A stretch of DNA of 64,000 nt from positions 4,278,001 to 4,342,000 of the forward strand of contig CDPCPM010000151.1 of NCBI GenBank assembly GCA_976551045.1. Direction: 5' to 3'. Each line of letters opens with the position of its first letter. The stretch's first letter is position 1. This document shows, piece by piece, positions 1-13,334 of this stretch. This stretch comes from Glaucostegus cemiculus (lineage: Eukaryota). The notes under the pieces were generated by a model. The model was given only the letters and a program-made list of their open reading frames with translations, was not told where the DNA came from and made no database searches. Both the position numbers and the translations under genes were made by a program.

Positions 1-59
1 CGTAGAATTATGGAGCTAATGGACTTGTACAATGTCAGCACAATCTGGCCAGTGAGATC

Positions 60-900
60 ATGGCTGAGGTGATTGATGTGGGATCTGCAGACTTTACCAG
101 TGACAGGACAGGTGGAGCTTGAAAAGGCAGATGGGTAAGTTGCTACAATTACAGAAAGCCCCTTCTGCTGCTTAAACTTGGCCTCCATGTGTTCTTGTGT
201 GAGAGACACAAAGTGCTCCCTACCCTCCCAGGTGATTCAAGTCTGAGTGGCTTTGGGTCAGGATTGGTTGACAATGTTGCAATTTTTCCAAGGATGTTTT
301 CGGGATGCCTTTGAAGCAATTTCTTTGTTCTCCCGGAAATCTCTTGGTGTGACATAGCTCAGGGCAGAGTGCTTGCTTAGGGCTTTTGATGTTAGGTATG
401 AGGATGATGTAGCCTCCGTATCCAAGCTGGTTGAGTGTGATCAGAGGATCAGTGCTGGGAGACGTACATTAGGAAATGAAGTTGGCATCAGTTGGCATCA
501 GACAGAGGATTTTGCAGAGGCAGTTCTAGTGCTTTGAGGTTCCTACTATAGGTTGCCTATGTTTCCAATTCCTATAGGAGGGTAGGGATTACTGCTGCTT
601 GGTAGACCATGACCTTGGTACTGGCTTTGAGGTTTGGGCCTTTGAAAGCTCTTTCAACAGTGGACAAAGATTGTGCTGAAATATTGGAGGCAGTGGTGAA
701 TTTTTTGGTCATCCAATAGATTAATTTCATTCTAGCAGGGAGCTGGTTGGAGGTGAGGTCCAGTACTGCAACAAGGAAGGGTGAGAAGAGGATTTGTGCA
801 ATGACGCAGCCTTGCTTTTGCCCAGTCTGGTTCTGTGATGGGTCCTTGATTGTGGAGCTGTTGGAGGACGGTGTCAAATTACGAGAAGGATCTACCATAC
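60..900 (-). mobile_element. RTE-clade LINE, decayed 3' half of ORF (RT domain 4 to C-terminus)
   Basis: ORF 572..898 reads QKQGCVIAQILF (RTE GVKQGCV motif) and TKVMVYQAAVIPTLL. A C-terminal VCRSHI-like segment lies near 70-100 on the minus strand. Confidence 0.8.
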
Positions 901-944
901 TTCATAATGTAGAAATCAGGGCAAAATGTGGTTTTACTACAGAC

Positions 945-1760
945 AACAAAAATTTGCATTTATATAAGACCCTTAAACATAGTAAAACAAGCCAAGCCAT
1001 CCCAAACTAAACTTGACACTTGAGCACTTTAGGAGGTATCAGAATAGCTGACCAAGAATTTGGAAATAGTTTCTAAGGAGGAGAAAAAGCATTGAGTTTA
1101 TGGATAGCAGCTATCAGATCCATGAACTCCCTCATCCCTCCATACCTCCCGCCAACACCAAAGGATGCTAGGCGTACAAAAATGCCCCAGTGCTTTAAAT
1201 GTCCGTTGTCTGCTGCCTCAGTACACTCACTTTAAGATTGTTCATTTAAGTCGCTATTTAATTTTGTGGTTTCAATGTTGTTAATGTCTTTCTGTCTTTG
1301 TGTCTCTCATTGTTTTTTTAATGTGATGAGCACCTTGATCTGTGGAGTACGGTATTTCGCTCCCATGCATGCTGAATGTGTATATGGTAGTGACAATAAA
1401 ACTGATTCTGATTCTGATTCTGAGAATTCCAGACCTTAGGGCCCTGACAGCTGAAGGAATGTTTGGGAGTGGTTAGAAAAATTACACGTAGGGGATGATC
1501 AAGAGACCAGAACTGGAGATGTGCAGCTATCCCAGAAGGCTGCAGGGATGGAGGAGGTTACAGAGATAAGAAGGAGCAGGCTTGTGGAAGGACTTGAGGC
1601 ATTGCTGAACTGATAGTTAATGCTGGTGCTGCACATGGGTGAAGGCGACCTGATGCAGAGCTTTGGGTTAGTTAATTTATGGAGGATGGAGGGCGGGACA
1701 TGGACAGACTGGAGAGCAAAGGCATAGAGAATGACATGGATTAGCAAAAATGTGTGGTGG
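945..1760 (-). mobile_element. L2 LINE 3' end, split by the Rex/Babar tail at 1108-1423
   Basis: acaacaaaaatttgcatttatata resembles the antisense L2 terminus. The element resumes at gaattccagaccttagggccctgacagctgaagg. ORF 1499..1747 resembles the L2 C-terminus (PSILHKL). Confidence 0.65.
1108..1423 (+). mobile_element. Rex1/Babar LINE 3' end with (ATTCTG)n tail
   Basis: Closely similar to 39830-39972 plus 41532-41705. Ends gacaataaaactgattctgattctgattctga. Confidence 0.8.
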
Positions 1761-4299
1761 ATTAGGGCAGTGTGTCCAGTTACCAGGAGTACAATGGGTA
1801 AATCAGAATGTTTAAAAGAGGGGTAAGTGCTGTGGTGTGGTGGAGAAGATCAGAAATCAATGTTAAGGGAAATTCACCAAATTTTCACTGTCAATTTTAA
1901 GAGATCAAAGCACGAACAAATATTTTAATTAACAGTGAGATTAATGAATTCATCTTAGTCCCTCCCACCTCCCCAACCTCCCTTGGGGCGCCTGAGATCT
2001 CACATTCTGTTTCATCATTGTGAATGCTGCAGAATGACTTCTCAGAGGGTTCATGGGGCCTGCTTCAACCAAGGAGGAGCCGGCTCCAACTTCAACATGA
2101 AAATAACATTGAAAAGAAGTGAATGGAATTGAACTGAGTGTTTGGAGAGACACTTTTCTGTTGACAGTGTGCCATTAGCAGCAGGATTGTGGTTTTCCTG
2201 GTGCCGATTCACACACTATACTATAAGCAAAGTGAATTCCACCTTTCTGACGGCACCAGAGACCCAACTTTCTCTTGGCTCCAGTACTAAAAGTCAGCTT
2301 TGCAAAAAACAAGCAGTTCTTTCTTGCATCCCTTCAAAAAGCCAGAGAGGCACAAACTGGGGGCAAAGGGGAGAGAGCGTAGGGTGGAGGTCAATGATAT
2401 CCACCTGTGCGTCACCTTCCCAATAATCATTTTTTAACAATATTTGTTTGAGATTTTGCGGTCCTGTCACTAACAAGGGCATATAATGGGCATTGTTAAC
2501 GTTTTGAAATGTGTGCTTCTCTGTAAAATGGCCAAGGTTTTTTCCAACTGTCTGCCCCAAGATGCACAACAAATGGGTAGAAAATTGCAGGTTGAGAGAA
2601 GCACTAGAGTTTTAAAGTCCTGGCAAATGTGCACACGAGTCGGGCATCAGTGACCAGCGGCTTCAAACATGGGAGTGTTCCACCAATGCACCAGAGCCAA
2701 TGCACCGTGTGTAGGGGCAGGGATGTTGGCTGAGGTGCACTAATGAAGCATACCCTGGCAAGAGTGCAGCGGCTTCAGGGAGAAAAGCTGAGTGGCTGGG
2801 GTGACTGAATGGTGAGTGGATGTTGAACTGATGGAGTAAAGTAGCACAAGAAACAAACTCTAACAGAAAATACCTGTAAAATCTCTAAGATTTATGGAGC
2901 TGGCTCAAAATAATCTCAAAGAAGAAGCAATGTGAGCTATAGGTGAAAGCCAAACACTTGGGCAATTTTTGGAGGTTTCCCTCAGTACTAAAAGTTTTCA
3001 TTTTCCAGTTCCCACAGCATCCCAGTAAAACACAGCTGCAAGATGTCTTCATCGGCTGGATTATTTTTCTATGCCAGTTTCCCACATCAATCAATGTTCT
3101 TCAATCACATTCACTCTCTCTCAGGTTCTCAACCTCCATATCTTACCCCCCACCACCCACACACGCACTACACACATATATCAAAGCCTTGCTTATCAGT
3201 ATAAGGGGCAGGATTCCTGTCTGCAAGCACTCTGACTGTAACATAACAACCTTGGAAAGCCTGCTGAAAAAAGGGCAAAATGCAAACAACAGCCTGGTAA
3301 CACAGAATTCTGGCTCTTCTTATCAACCTAACACAAACACAACACAAGGGTATCTCATTCAGCTCTAACCTTTCCCTCTCAGCTCTGGCACCAAACACAA
3401 AGTTGATTCTAGTGATCTCTCCAGGATGTATAATAAGACCATGATAAATACAAGGGACCCAGGCAGCAGCTGTCCTGTGTAACAGACTTCTCCATGCATA
3501 TCAAAGATGTGCTTGATCTAGTCAGATTGTACTAATACCACAGTGCTCTAGTGAGTAATGCAGTGAAGCTGAATGCTACAGAGTTATTGCTAAAATATGC
3601 TGAATGACAACGTTTGGCCCAGTCAGTGATCTGATAATATTTGAAACAATGGAATCCTCTGGTGAAGTTAGGCTGCAATGCCTGTAACATGGTTTAAACA
3701 GAATCTTTTTGTATGGTAGTTTCTAGCTGAAAAATACCCGAGTAAACAAAGAACATTTCTTTCTGATTTGGTTCTCTGCTGATTGTCTCTCCAGTTACCT
3801 CTCTAATTTTCAAGGTGTGCTTCTGGGTACTAGAGATTATTCCATTCATTGGCCACTTCCTCCTGTATAAAGACTGGACATAGGGTATTGGAGAATTTTA
3901 TAGCGTGGAGAATGCCAGAACAAATACTGTTTTCACCTGCTATGCACTTAACAACACTCTGCCTTCACTTGATTACAATATTCTCTTTCATATTCTCCAC
4001 TCCCCATGGGGTGGCCTTCAACTCTGTTCCCTTAAATATGAGAGACAGACTTGAATAGATGGGACAGACAGCTGGTTAGTCACTCATTGCCCGATCTGGG
4101 TCAGTACTCACAGGCTCTGATGATGTCGGAGAAATCTCCTCACTATTCTAGCATCAACCTGGAATGTAGAAATATAACTCCTGATTTCTTTTTCACTATA
4201 TTCAGCCTTTTCCTATGAGCCCACTCCCAGGTCTCCTCCAGCCTCAAGTCCAGACCAAACCTGAAGGTTCCCAGGTATTCTATCCATGGACTCACCTTT

Positions 4300-5050
4300 C
4301 TCTGGTTTCCTTGTTATCTCATGTCAAGCACATTCAAGGTCCATGAGATCCATCTCCTGCTCCCTAACAACATTCCCTTCTTTGTCCACTGTTTATGATA
4401 TCAGTTCCTTCTCTTTAGCACTGTCTCCTTTTCTTTAGAATATGCCAACAACATACTTCTCCTCAAAATGACCTTTGGCTCCTCCATCCCATTTCCAACC
4501 TTTTCTCATCAAAGCCTTGAAAAGCCCCTCAGGTTTTGCTCATCTTCAACCTCCTTGAATCTCTGCAATCAGGTTTCTATCACTAAAGTACCAAAGTTAT
4601 TAATGACTTCGTATGTGACTGTGAGAAAGGTAAGCTACTGCATCTCATCTTTTGCAACCTGTCTCCAGCTCTTGACATGGTTGGCCACGCCACTCTCATC
4701 CAAGGCACATTCACCATTGTCCAGTCAAGTGGGATGGCATTCATCTCAATTCTGTTCTTATTTACCTTTCATACACAGGGAATAATGCCTTTTATCTCTT
4801 ACCTGCACCCTTACTGCTGATGTCCTCGAAGAACTATTTCTGACCCTCTCTTATTTCTCATCCACACACTGACCCTCAGAAACATTACTGAAACATTGCA
4901 CTGATTTTTGAAAGGAATTCACCTCTGCCTCACCATCACCTCTTTTAATTCCTCCATTATCTGTAAACTTCCAGGCTATTTGACATTCAACACAAAATGA
5001 GTAAAACTTTTAAATTTCTATGTTAGGAAGATGAAGCCATTGGTGTTTGT
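4300..5050 (+). mobile_element. L2 LINE RT fragment, old
   Basis: Decayed LESLQSGF..KVIND..D.EKG...DLS.ALD.VGH motifs (ttgaatctctgcaatcaggtttc; aaagttattaatgac; ttgacatggttggccac). Confidence 0.7.
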
Positions 5051-5199
5051 TCCTTTCCAAAGTCACATTCACAAACCAACACACAAAGACCACTGTGTAT
5101 ACCAACAATTATTTATTTCTATTTAAAAATGTTTGCCTTGAAATTAAATTGCAGAGCGGTGTTCATTTCAGTGTCACATGTTTGAAAAAAGAACTTACA

Positions 5200-6108
5200 G
5201 ACTTACAGTGGGTTGCTTCTGATAATTCTGGATCAGTGCTGTTCACAATGTGAATCAATGATTCGGATGAGGAGACCAAGTGTAATATACCCAAGCTTGG
5301 GTGGCAACACGAGTTGTGACGAAGATGAAGAAAGGCTTCAGGAGGATATAGATAGGTTAAGCAAATGAGCTGGGACATAGCAAATGGAATATAATGGGAG
5401 AATGTGAGGTAATTCACTTTGGTTAAAAAACCAGCAGAGTACTTTAAAACAATATAGTATAAAAATACTTTTTTGCAATGGTGAAAGATTAAAAGGTGTT
5501 GGTGCTTAGAGGGACCCAAGTGTCCTTGTACATGGGTCACTGAATGATAGCATGCAGCTACAGTAATCGATTGGGAAGGCAAACAGTAAGTTGCCGTTTA
5601 TTGCGAGAGGATTTGAGTACAGATTGAGTTGATGGGTTGTCCTATCAAGAGGGGCTAGACAGGTTACTCTATTAAGAGAGGTTAGACAGTTTGGGTCTCT
5701 ATTCCTTGAAGTTTAGAAGAATGAAGGGTGACCTTATTCAAACATTTAAGATCCCAAAGGGCTTTGCTAGGGTAGATGTTGAGATGTTTTCACTTGTAGG
5801 GGAGTCATGAACAAGGGGACATAGCTCCAAAATAAGGGTTGGTCACTTAAAATTGAGGTGCATAGAAATGTCATCACTCAAAGGGTAGTGGATCTCTGGA
5901 ATTCTCTTCTCCCACGGGTGGTGGAGATCAGATCCTTAGATATATTTAAGGTGGAGATGGGTAAATATTTGAAAGATTGAGGAAGTGAAGTTTATGGGAA
6001 ACTGGTACAGAAGAGGATTTGAGGCTAGCATAGCTGAGCCATGATCACGTTGAATGGTGGTGCAAGCTTGAGGGGACTGATGGTTTGCTCCTCCTTTGTT
6101 GTGCTCTT
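5200..6108 (+). mobile_element. CR1 LINE 3' portion, old
   Basis: LQEDIDRL, QMEYN, CEVIHFG and FRRMKGDLIQTFKI motifs, followed by a CR1-type 3' UTR. Confidence 0.85.
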
Positions 6109-6359
6109 GCGTATAAGAGTAGAGACATCTTCCTGACATTATAAAGGGCATTGTCTAGTCCCACTGCCTAAAGGAGGATATACTTGAGAAAGAAGGTGTG
6201 CAGTGAACGTTCACCAGAGTGAATCCTGAAATCGGGGGATTGTCCTATGAAGGGAAATTCAGCAGACTGGGCCTCTCTAGAGCTTAAAGGACTGAGAAGT
6301 AACCTCGTAGAAACATTCAAAATTGGTGCAGGATTCGACAATGTTGGTGCCGGGTGATA

Positions 6360-7125
6360 GAACATAGAACAGTACAGCTCAGGAACAGGTCCTTTGGCCC
6401 ATGATGTTGTGCAAAATTAATTAAACTAGTATTTAAATGCCTAACTAAACTAATCCCTTCTGCATACACAATGTCTATATCCCTCCAGTCCCTGCACATT
6501 TATGTGTCTAAGAGCCTTTTAAACACCTCCACCATCACCCCTGGCAGCACATTCCAGGCACCTACCATTCTGTGTAAAAAACTTCCACATCTCCTTTGAA
6601 TTTACCCCCCCCCCCCCCCTTAAATGCATGCCCAATAGTATTAGACACTTCAACCCTGGGAAAATGATACCGGTTGTCTACTCTGTCAATGCCTCTCATA
6701 ATCTTACAAATTTCCATCAGGTCTCCCCTCAGCCTCTGTCACTCCAGCGAAAACAACCCAAGTTCGTCCTCAGAGCATATGCCCTCTAATCCAGACAGCA
6801 TTCTGGTAAACCTCTTCTGCACCCTCTCCAATGCCTCCACATCCTTCCTATAATGGGGCAACCAGAACTGATTGCAGTACTCTAGATGTAGCCTAACTAG
6901 AGTTTTACAAATCTGCAGCATAACTTCCTGACTCTTGAACTCAGTGCCTTGACTAATAAAGACATGTATGCCATAAGCCTTCTTTATCACCCTATCAACC
7001 TGTGCAGCCACTTTCAGAGAGCTACGGACTTGGATCCCATGATACCTCTGTACAGCAACACTGTTAAGGATGCTGCCTTTACATTTGATTTCTCAAAGTG
7101 CAGCACCTCACATTTGGCTAGATTA
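6360..7125 (-). mobile_element. CR1 LINE, 5'-truncated
   Basis: ORF 6739..7011 reads QVDRVIKKAYG...KTLVRLHLEYC.QFW.PHYRKDVEALERVQKRFTRM. (TTCTATG)n tail at 6357-6371. Confidence 0.92.
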
Positions 7126-7200
7126 ACTGTGACAACTGATTCTACATACCCCAAGTGATATTTGACCTTTCTGGGGTATATAGAATCAGAGGTCACAGTT
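7125..7200. repeat. 29-bp inverted repeat (26/29 matches), 18-nt loop
   Basis: 7125-7153 aactgtgacaactgattctacatacccca versus the reverse complement of 7172-7200, aactgtgacctctgattctatatacccca. Confidence 0.85.
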
Positions 7201-7525
7201 TCAAAATAAGGGATCAGCCATTCAGGACGCAGTGAGAAGATGTTTTCTTTACTCAGAGCTAGTGAAGCTTTGGACTGCACTATCCAAGAGGACTGTGGAG
7301 GCTCAGCTGTTGAGTATATTCAGGATAGATCTTGATTGTTTTTTTGGATATTCAGGGAATGAAGGGAGATCAGTCGTGATTTTATTGAATGCTGGAGAAG
7401 GTGTGAGGGGTCAAGTGGACTACTGGAGCTTCCATGTCTTATGTTAGGATTTTGAATTCAACTGAGCATTTCCTGAAGTGAGATGAACTTGCACGTCCAA
7501 TGTGACTTCCTTAATAGACACATGT

Positions 7526-8520
7526 CAGAATCAGAATCAGGTTTATTATCACTGACCTATGTTATGAAATTTGTTGTTTTGTGGCAGCGGTAAAGTGCAA
7601 GACATAAAGATATAAAAATTACTATGTTACAAAAATAAATGAATAGTGCAAAAAAGGAATAACGAGGTAGTGTTCGTGGGTTCATGGACCATTCAGAAAT
7701 CTGATGGCAGAGGGGAAGAAGCTGTTCCTAAAATGTTGAGTGTGGGTCTTCAGGCTCCTCTACCTCCTCCCTGATGGTAGTAACGTGAAGAGGGCATGTC
7801 CTGGGTGGTGAGGGTCCTTAATGATGGATGCCGCTCTCTTGAAGTTGTCCTCGATGGCAGGGAGGGTTGTGTCCGTGATGGAGCTGGCTGAGTCTACAAC
7901 CCTCTACAGCCTCTTTCAATCCTGCACATTGGAGTCTCCATACTAGGCAGTGATGCAACCAGTCATCTGTAGAAATTTGCAAGTCTTTAGAGACATACCA
8001 ATTCTCCTCAAACTCCTAATGAAGTAGAGCTGCCGGTGTGCCTTCTTCGTGATCGCATCAATGTTTTGGGCCCAAGATAAATCCTCTGAGATGTTAATGC
8101 CCAGGTGTTGAAGCTGCTTACCTTTTACACCGTTGAGCCCTCAATGATGATTGGTGTGTGTTCTCCTGACTTCCCCTTCCTGAAGTCCGCAATCAATTCC
8201 TTGGTCTTGCTTGCATTGAGTGCAATCCAAGGTTATTGTTGAGACACCACTCAACCAACTGATCTATCTCACTCCTGTATGCCTCCTCATCGCCATCTGA
8301 AATTCTGCCAACAACAGTGGTGTCATTGGCAAATTTATAGATGGTGTTTGAGCTGTGCCTAGCCACACACTCATGAGTGTATAGAGGGTAGATCAGTAGG
8401 CGAAGCACGAACACTTGAGGTGCGCCTGCGTTGATTGTCAGCAAGGAGGAGATGTTTCTACCGATCCACACTGACTGGTCTCCTGATACGGAACTCGAGG
8501 ATCCAGTTGCAGAGGGAGGT
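7526..8520 (-). mobile_element. Rex1/Babar LINE, 5'-truncated
   Basis: ORF 8193..8471 reads GAPQ...LYTHECVA.HSSNTIYKFANDTTVVGRI..GDEEAYRSEI (Rex RT, FADD decayed). Antisense (ATTCTG)n tail at 7526-7541. Confidence 0.9.
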
Positions 8521-9874
8521 ACATTAAGTTATATCACTCATCATGCTCCAAGATTCAGGACCAATGCAGGGGAGATTAGACCACGTTGCACTGTCACTGG
8601 GCACTCCTGTTGGGCACAGCCCAGGGTTGGATTGGGAGCCCACAAAGGCAAAGCGCATACTTCCCTTTTATCCTTCAACCTTGTTCCCTTGCCACCAATG
8701 AAACCCAGCCCCCATCCACTGATAACCACCCTTCCCACCATCTGGGGATTCAACACTGATTCCCTGAAGTACCATCCCAATCCACTGACCCTAGGACCAA
8801 TCTTGCTTCACCCTCCCAACAGCCCAGGTTCTGAAATTCCTGCCAACAAAATGATCTGTTCCCTTAATCCTACAACTAGAATTCTCTCCAACCTTCCCCA
8901 CCCTCTGCTTTTCCTGACTTTCCTATCCTTCCCCTCCCAAGCTAAGCACAGGTCTCTACTCCTCTGGGCCCAGGCACAATCTGATCACCACCCCAACATA
9001 CCCATACACCTCCCTGTTCTGCCCACTGGCTGATTGCTGTTCCTGACCCCAGCCTCTAATCTGGCCAATGACCACCAGCTCGTTCTCCCCACAAGCTTCG
9101 GTTCCAGCCAACAGTTCCAGTTGTGCCCATGTTGCAGCAGCAGACCCACAACTGCTGCTTATTCCATCTAGCAGAACCAGGAGGCTGCACTGCAACTTCT
9201 AGGCCAAACTGTTACTGATTCTTCTGATCACATAACCTCACATTTCCTGCAAGCTTCTTCTTCACTCATTTAACCTATCTATATTCTTTTAGACTTCATG
9301 CTCCATCTTCACAGCTTATTTTCCTGCCCATCTTTGTGTTATCAGCACAATGAAACCTTTAATGACTCTTTTTTTTCCCCTAATCTCTGCTTTCTATCCC
9401 TTGTTTTCTCCAATGTCCACCCAAATTGATTCTGGTTCTTGTTTTTCTGAGTCAAGATTACTCCTCACCACTGCCCCATGTCACTTTCCATTAATAGGGC
9501 CAGGTCCCACCCATTTCCAGTATTCTGGAATTTTTAACTAACAGCCTTGGTCACCTCAAAGCCACATCCCTGACACAGCTATTACATCAAACTCATATTT
9601 CTTTTGTGATCTAATTAGCCTATCATTTCACAAATGACTCATACACTCAATCGCAGTGCCTTTAGTTCCAACCTTATCATTTTCCTTGATTTGACTTTGT
9701 TCAGTGATTTTCTTTAACTGTAAAGTCTCTAACCCTACTTGTCATTACCCAAATAGCTATTTTTTTTCTCTAGCCTTGACTTTTTTCTTTAAATCTGTAA
9801 CTTTCTCCTCACTTGAACATTGCCCTTATTCACCTTTTCTTTTTATTTTAACAACCTACCTGCAACCCTACTTA

Positions 9875-10132
9875 ACGGCATGGTAGTGTAGCGGTTAACA
9901 TAACGCTATTACAGCGCCAGCAATCGGGGTTTGATTCCTGTCGCTCTCTGTAAGGAGTTTGTACGTTCTCCCGTGCCTGCGTGGGCTTCCTCCGGGTGCT
10001 CCGGTTTCCTCCCACATTTCAAAGATGTATGGGTAGGTTAGTTTGGGTTTTTAAAAAATGGGCAGCGTGGACTCGTTGGGCCAGAAGGGCCTGTTACCAT
10101 GCTGTCAATAAAATAAAAAAAATTTAAATTTA
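9875..10132 (+). mobile_element. V-SINE (tRNA-derived head, V-domain, CR1-like tail)
   Basis: A/B-box-like head ggtagtgtagcggttaac...ggtttgattcc, V-domain ggagtttgtacgttctccc...ccgggtgctccggtttcctcccaca, tail gggccagaagggcctgttaccatgctgt then an AT-rich end. Confidence 0.88.
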
Positions 10133-11049
10133 AGAACATTGCTCTCAACCTGGTATAATTGGAGCCCAACCCAAGGGAACAGCTCCATCCCAGAACTGAT
10201 GCCAATGTCCCATGAATTGAAAGTGCTGTCTTCCAGCTACATATTCAGCTCTCAGGTCTCTGGTCTCTGATTTCCCTGGTCTGTTCAACCCTAGTAAAAT
10301 TTGCCTGTGGATCAGGTAACAATCCACAGAATATTACATTTAAAGTTGAGCATTTTAATTTCAACCACAGTTCTCAAGATTTCTCAGCAATACTTCAGTT
10401 CTAGTTATACATGTACTGTTAGCTCCTGCTTCATCTTTGCAATGACATTGCTCATCCTCCCACTCCATTTTTCTCAAGCTCCAAAGAGAAGTCTTTAACC
10501 CTGGCACCAGATTACGATCATGATGGCAGAGAATTCCACCCTAATTACATTGTCCTCTGCTGTTATTAAGTTCCCTTTTAATCCACTCAGTTGAATGTCT
10601 TCTTGTACCAGGGAACTTTGGTCAGATTACTCATTCTCCTTGCAGACGTTTCTCTTATCCATACAGGCAGCAAACATTTGTTGTACAAGGTCAAAGGCAA
10701 CATTTGGGATTCCCATTTCTGTCAAATTCATATCCTATTGGCATCCAGCCCCAGCCACTATTAGAACTTCTGCTTCCTGGCTGAAGTTGTCCAGGTAACT
10801 CTCCCCTCCTTAATACACTGAAATTTCTCCAGCTCAGAAATAGGCAGGCACCTGGTCCTGGTTAAGCAATGTCACAGTTCTCACACATGTTTTAACTCTG
10901 CCAATGCCATATCCCACCCTTTCTCTGTGATCTCCTCTAGTCCTGTTTCCTTTAAAATGTCTTCTCTTCTCCAATTCTGAGGTCTTAATTGTGCACAGCT
11001 TTAATTGCTGGATGAATGGGGGCTTTGCCTGCTCATATGTCCATTAACC

Positions 11050-11247
11050 ACCCTAATTCCCCTGCCATCCACTGACAGTCACCCATTAACCTGCCGACAT
11101 CTTTGAGATGTGGGAGGAAACTTGACCATGTGGTGGAAACCCATACTGTCATAGGGAAAACCTGCAAACTCCACATAGACAACCCGCAAGGTCAGGATTG
11201 AATCTGGGTCCATAGAACTATCCAGTAGCAGTACTAACTGCTGCGAC
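11050..11247 (-). mobile_element. Older V-SINE (HE1-like)
   Basis: Antisense V-domain gatgtgggaggaaac...cctgcaaactccaca and antisense B-box caggattgaatc. Confidence 0.75.
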
Positions 11248-12585
11248 GTTGTGTCTCTCAGCAACGCGAACCCACCCCAGCTGCAATAGGTCAAGGAGAG
11301 GGGGCAGCACAGGAAGCTTTCCTGGCTTGTACTGGCACTGTGCACAGCGTAGATCATGAGAGAAATAAGCAGGCCTTGATGGTAGTTCAGAAGTCAAATA
11401 TGTGGAGAATTAAGGACGACATGATTACAAAACTGTAATCTATTAAGGTAACATCATAAACCATGATAACAGAAAACAACCACTTTATAAATATCACCTG
11501 AATGCAAGAGTGAGATAAGCCAAGCCACACAGCATTGACCCTTGGAGCAGTAATACCAGCCGTTTGATTTCAGGCCAATGCCTACATCCATTAACTTAGT
11601 ACAACTAATACAGTATAAAACAAAATTTTCGGTCATAATGCCTGAATATTTTTAATAACAATTTGAACACTGACCTAATTAACTAAAGGTGCCCTGAAAA
11701 GCTAACAAGAGCATTGATCAGAATGTACTATCATCCAAAAATAAACTTCTAGGAACAATACTTTCCCAATGTACTACAGTGCCGCTAGTTAATGAATAAC
11801 TTGTGTTTAAGCACTTTATTGTTTCACTGTTGACTTGGTACTGGTCTATAATCAATTACAAACATCATCATAATCAGCAGGGCACAAATCCAGAGAAGTC
11901 AGACGGCAATAAATAGCAGAACACAGAGTCTTAGTGAAAACCAACCAGGACCTCAAAACTAAATCCAGAGTGCCTCCTGATAAAAAAAAGCTCCCCAGCA
12001 GTTTGAAACCAATGTAAAATGCTAATTATATAAACACAAATTCCCTACAGCAGAGATGGGGTATAAAAAGCAGGGAAAGGCACCAATGGTACCAACAGAC
12101 AAGCACAAATTACAATGTGAATCAAGCAAAATACAAAAGATGAGAATAGGTGGAAAAATAGGACAGTATAAAAATGTATAAAAACGCTGAAGATTGAGTT
12201 TTGTTTATCCACAGCCTTCTGTTCTATATATTAATTATGCGTCTGTGACCTGTTTGATGAAGGTGCCATACTTTGCTATGCCTAGGCCTATTTACTACAG
12301 TGATTTAATTCTGTCATGTGGATTAAACAGTTTCTACTTAAATGTATATATTGGGAATTGGAAGCCAGGCCAAAAGATTTTTCTGAGTTTGTTGAGTCTG
12401 GGTAATTACAAATCCCGTTGAAGTCAATTCGTACTTTTGCGCTGATCAGAAAAAGAAACTTCTCAAGTTTGGATCCTGGAAGTTACCTCAGTCATGGAAA
12501 TGTTGTGACATTGCTGTTTTTCTCAGTCTACTGTGATATGGAAAGAAGAAAGCACTGGTCAAAGTCCCTGCTTCAGTTTATTATA

Positions 12586-13055
12586 GTCATTGAGTCATAG
12601 AGGAATACAGCACAGAAACAAGCCCTGTGGCCCAACTTGTTCGTGGTAACCAAGGTGCCCACCTAAGCTAGTCCCATATGCCTGCATTTAGCCCATATCC
12701 CTCTAAAGTTTTCCTATCCATGTACTTATCCAAATATCCTTTAGATGCTGTTTTTGTATCTACATCAACTACTTTCTCTGGCAGCTCATTCCATATACAC
12801 ATTATCCTCTGCGTGAACTTGCCCATTAGATCTCTTTTAAATCTTTCCCTTCTCACTTTAAACCTGTGCCCTCAAGTTTTGATTCCCTTTCCCTGGGAAA
12901 ATAACAGTGTGCATTCACTCTATTTATGCCCCTCATGATTTTATACACCTCTTTAAGGTTGCCCCACAATCTCCTACATTCCAAGGATTAAAATGATAGC
13001 CTGCCCAACCCCTCCCTATAACTCAGGCCCTCGAGTCCTGGCAACATTCTCATAA
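12586..13055 (-). mobile_element. CR1 3' end
   Basis: ORF 12668..12856 reads RFKRDL.GKFTQR...WNELP. The tail reads agtcattgagtcatagag on the plus strand. Confidence 0.88.
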
Positions 13056-13334
13056 TTATCCAGTGACTCCCACTGTAGGTATGAATATAAGGCTCTCAGG
13101 TGAAGACAAGACTGTTCACCCACCACCTCTTGTGTCACTTTCACTACCTCAGACCAACAACCTATTGCCTCTTAAGGTCCAATATAGGAACACCCAAACC
13201 ACAGCCCAGGGCAGATCCTAGATTGACCCATTGAAGCCCCTCTGATAGACCAACATGCTCTGGCTCTAAGACATTGTGTGATGTAGAATAGGCCTATCCT
13301 TCATTATCTCGGCATGCTGGAGAACACAGAATAA

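Larger units (their letters stand above)
6135..7446 (+). mobile_element. Old CR1 3' fragment (6135-6359 and 7155-7446), split by an antisense CR1
   Basis: VQ*TFTRV and NLVETFKI before the insertion, RIRGHSFKIR after it. gtgata is repeated at 6354-6359 and 7155-7160 (candidate TSD). Confidence 0.75.

Noticed and set aside
2943-3398. Overlapping 141-aa (+) and 76-aa (-) ORFs with an acceptor-like site near 3265
   Set aside because: No recognisable product and no good donor; probably chance frames in unique DNA.
8431-9033. 200-aa plus-strand ORF
   Set aside because: It starts antisense within a Rex element and runs through C-rich low-complexity DNA. Pro/Leu bias, no domain and no splice support.
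9875-9945. tRNA-like A/B boxes (also at 14290-14360 and 59445-59505)
   Set aside because: These are SINE heads continuing into the V-domain, not tRNA genes.
10450-11020. Possible very old retroelement coding remnant on the minus strand
   Set aside because: No motif could be read with confidence, so the family cannot be assigned by eye.
12418-12600. VYCDM motif after an acceptor-like site (fibrinogen-domain-like)
   Set aside because: The rest of the peptide lacks GGWT and other fibrinogen-domain motifs, and there is no convincing donor.
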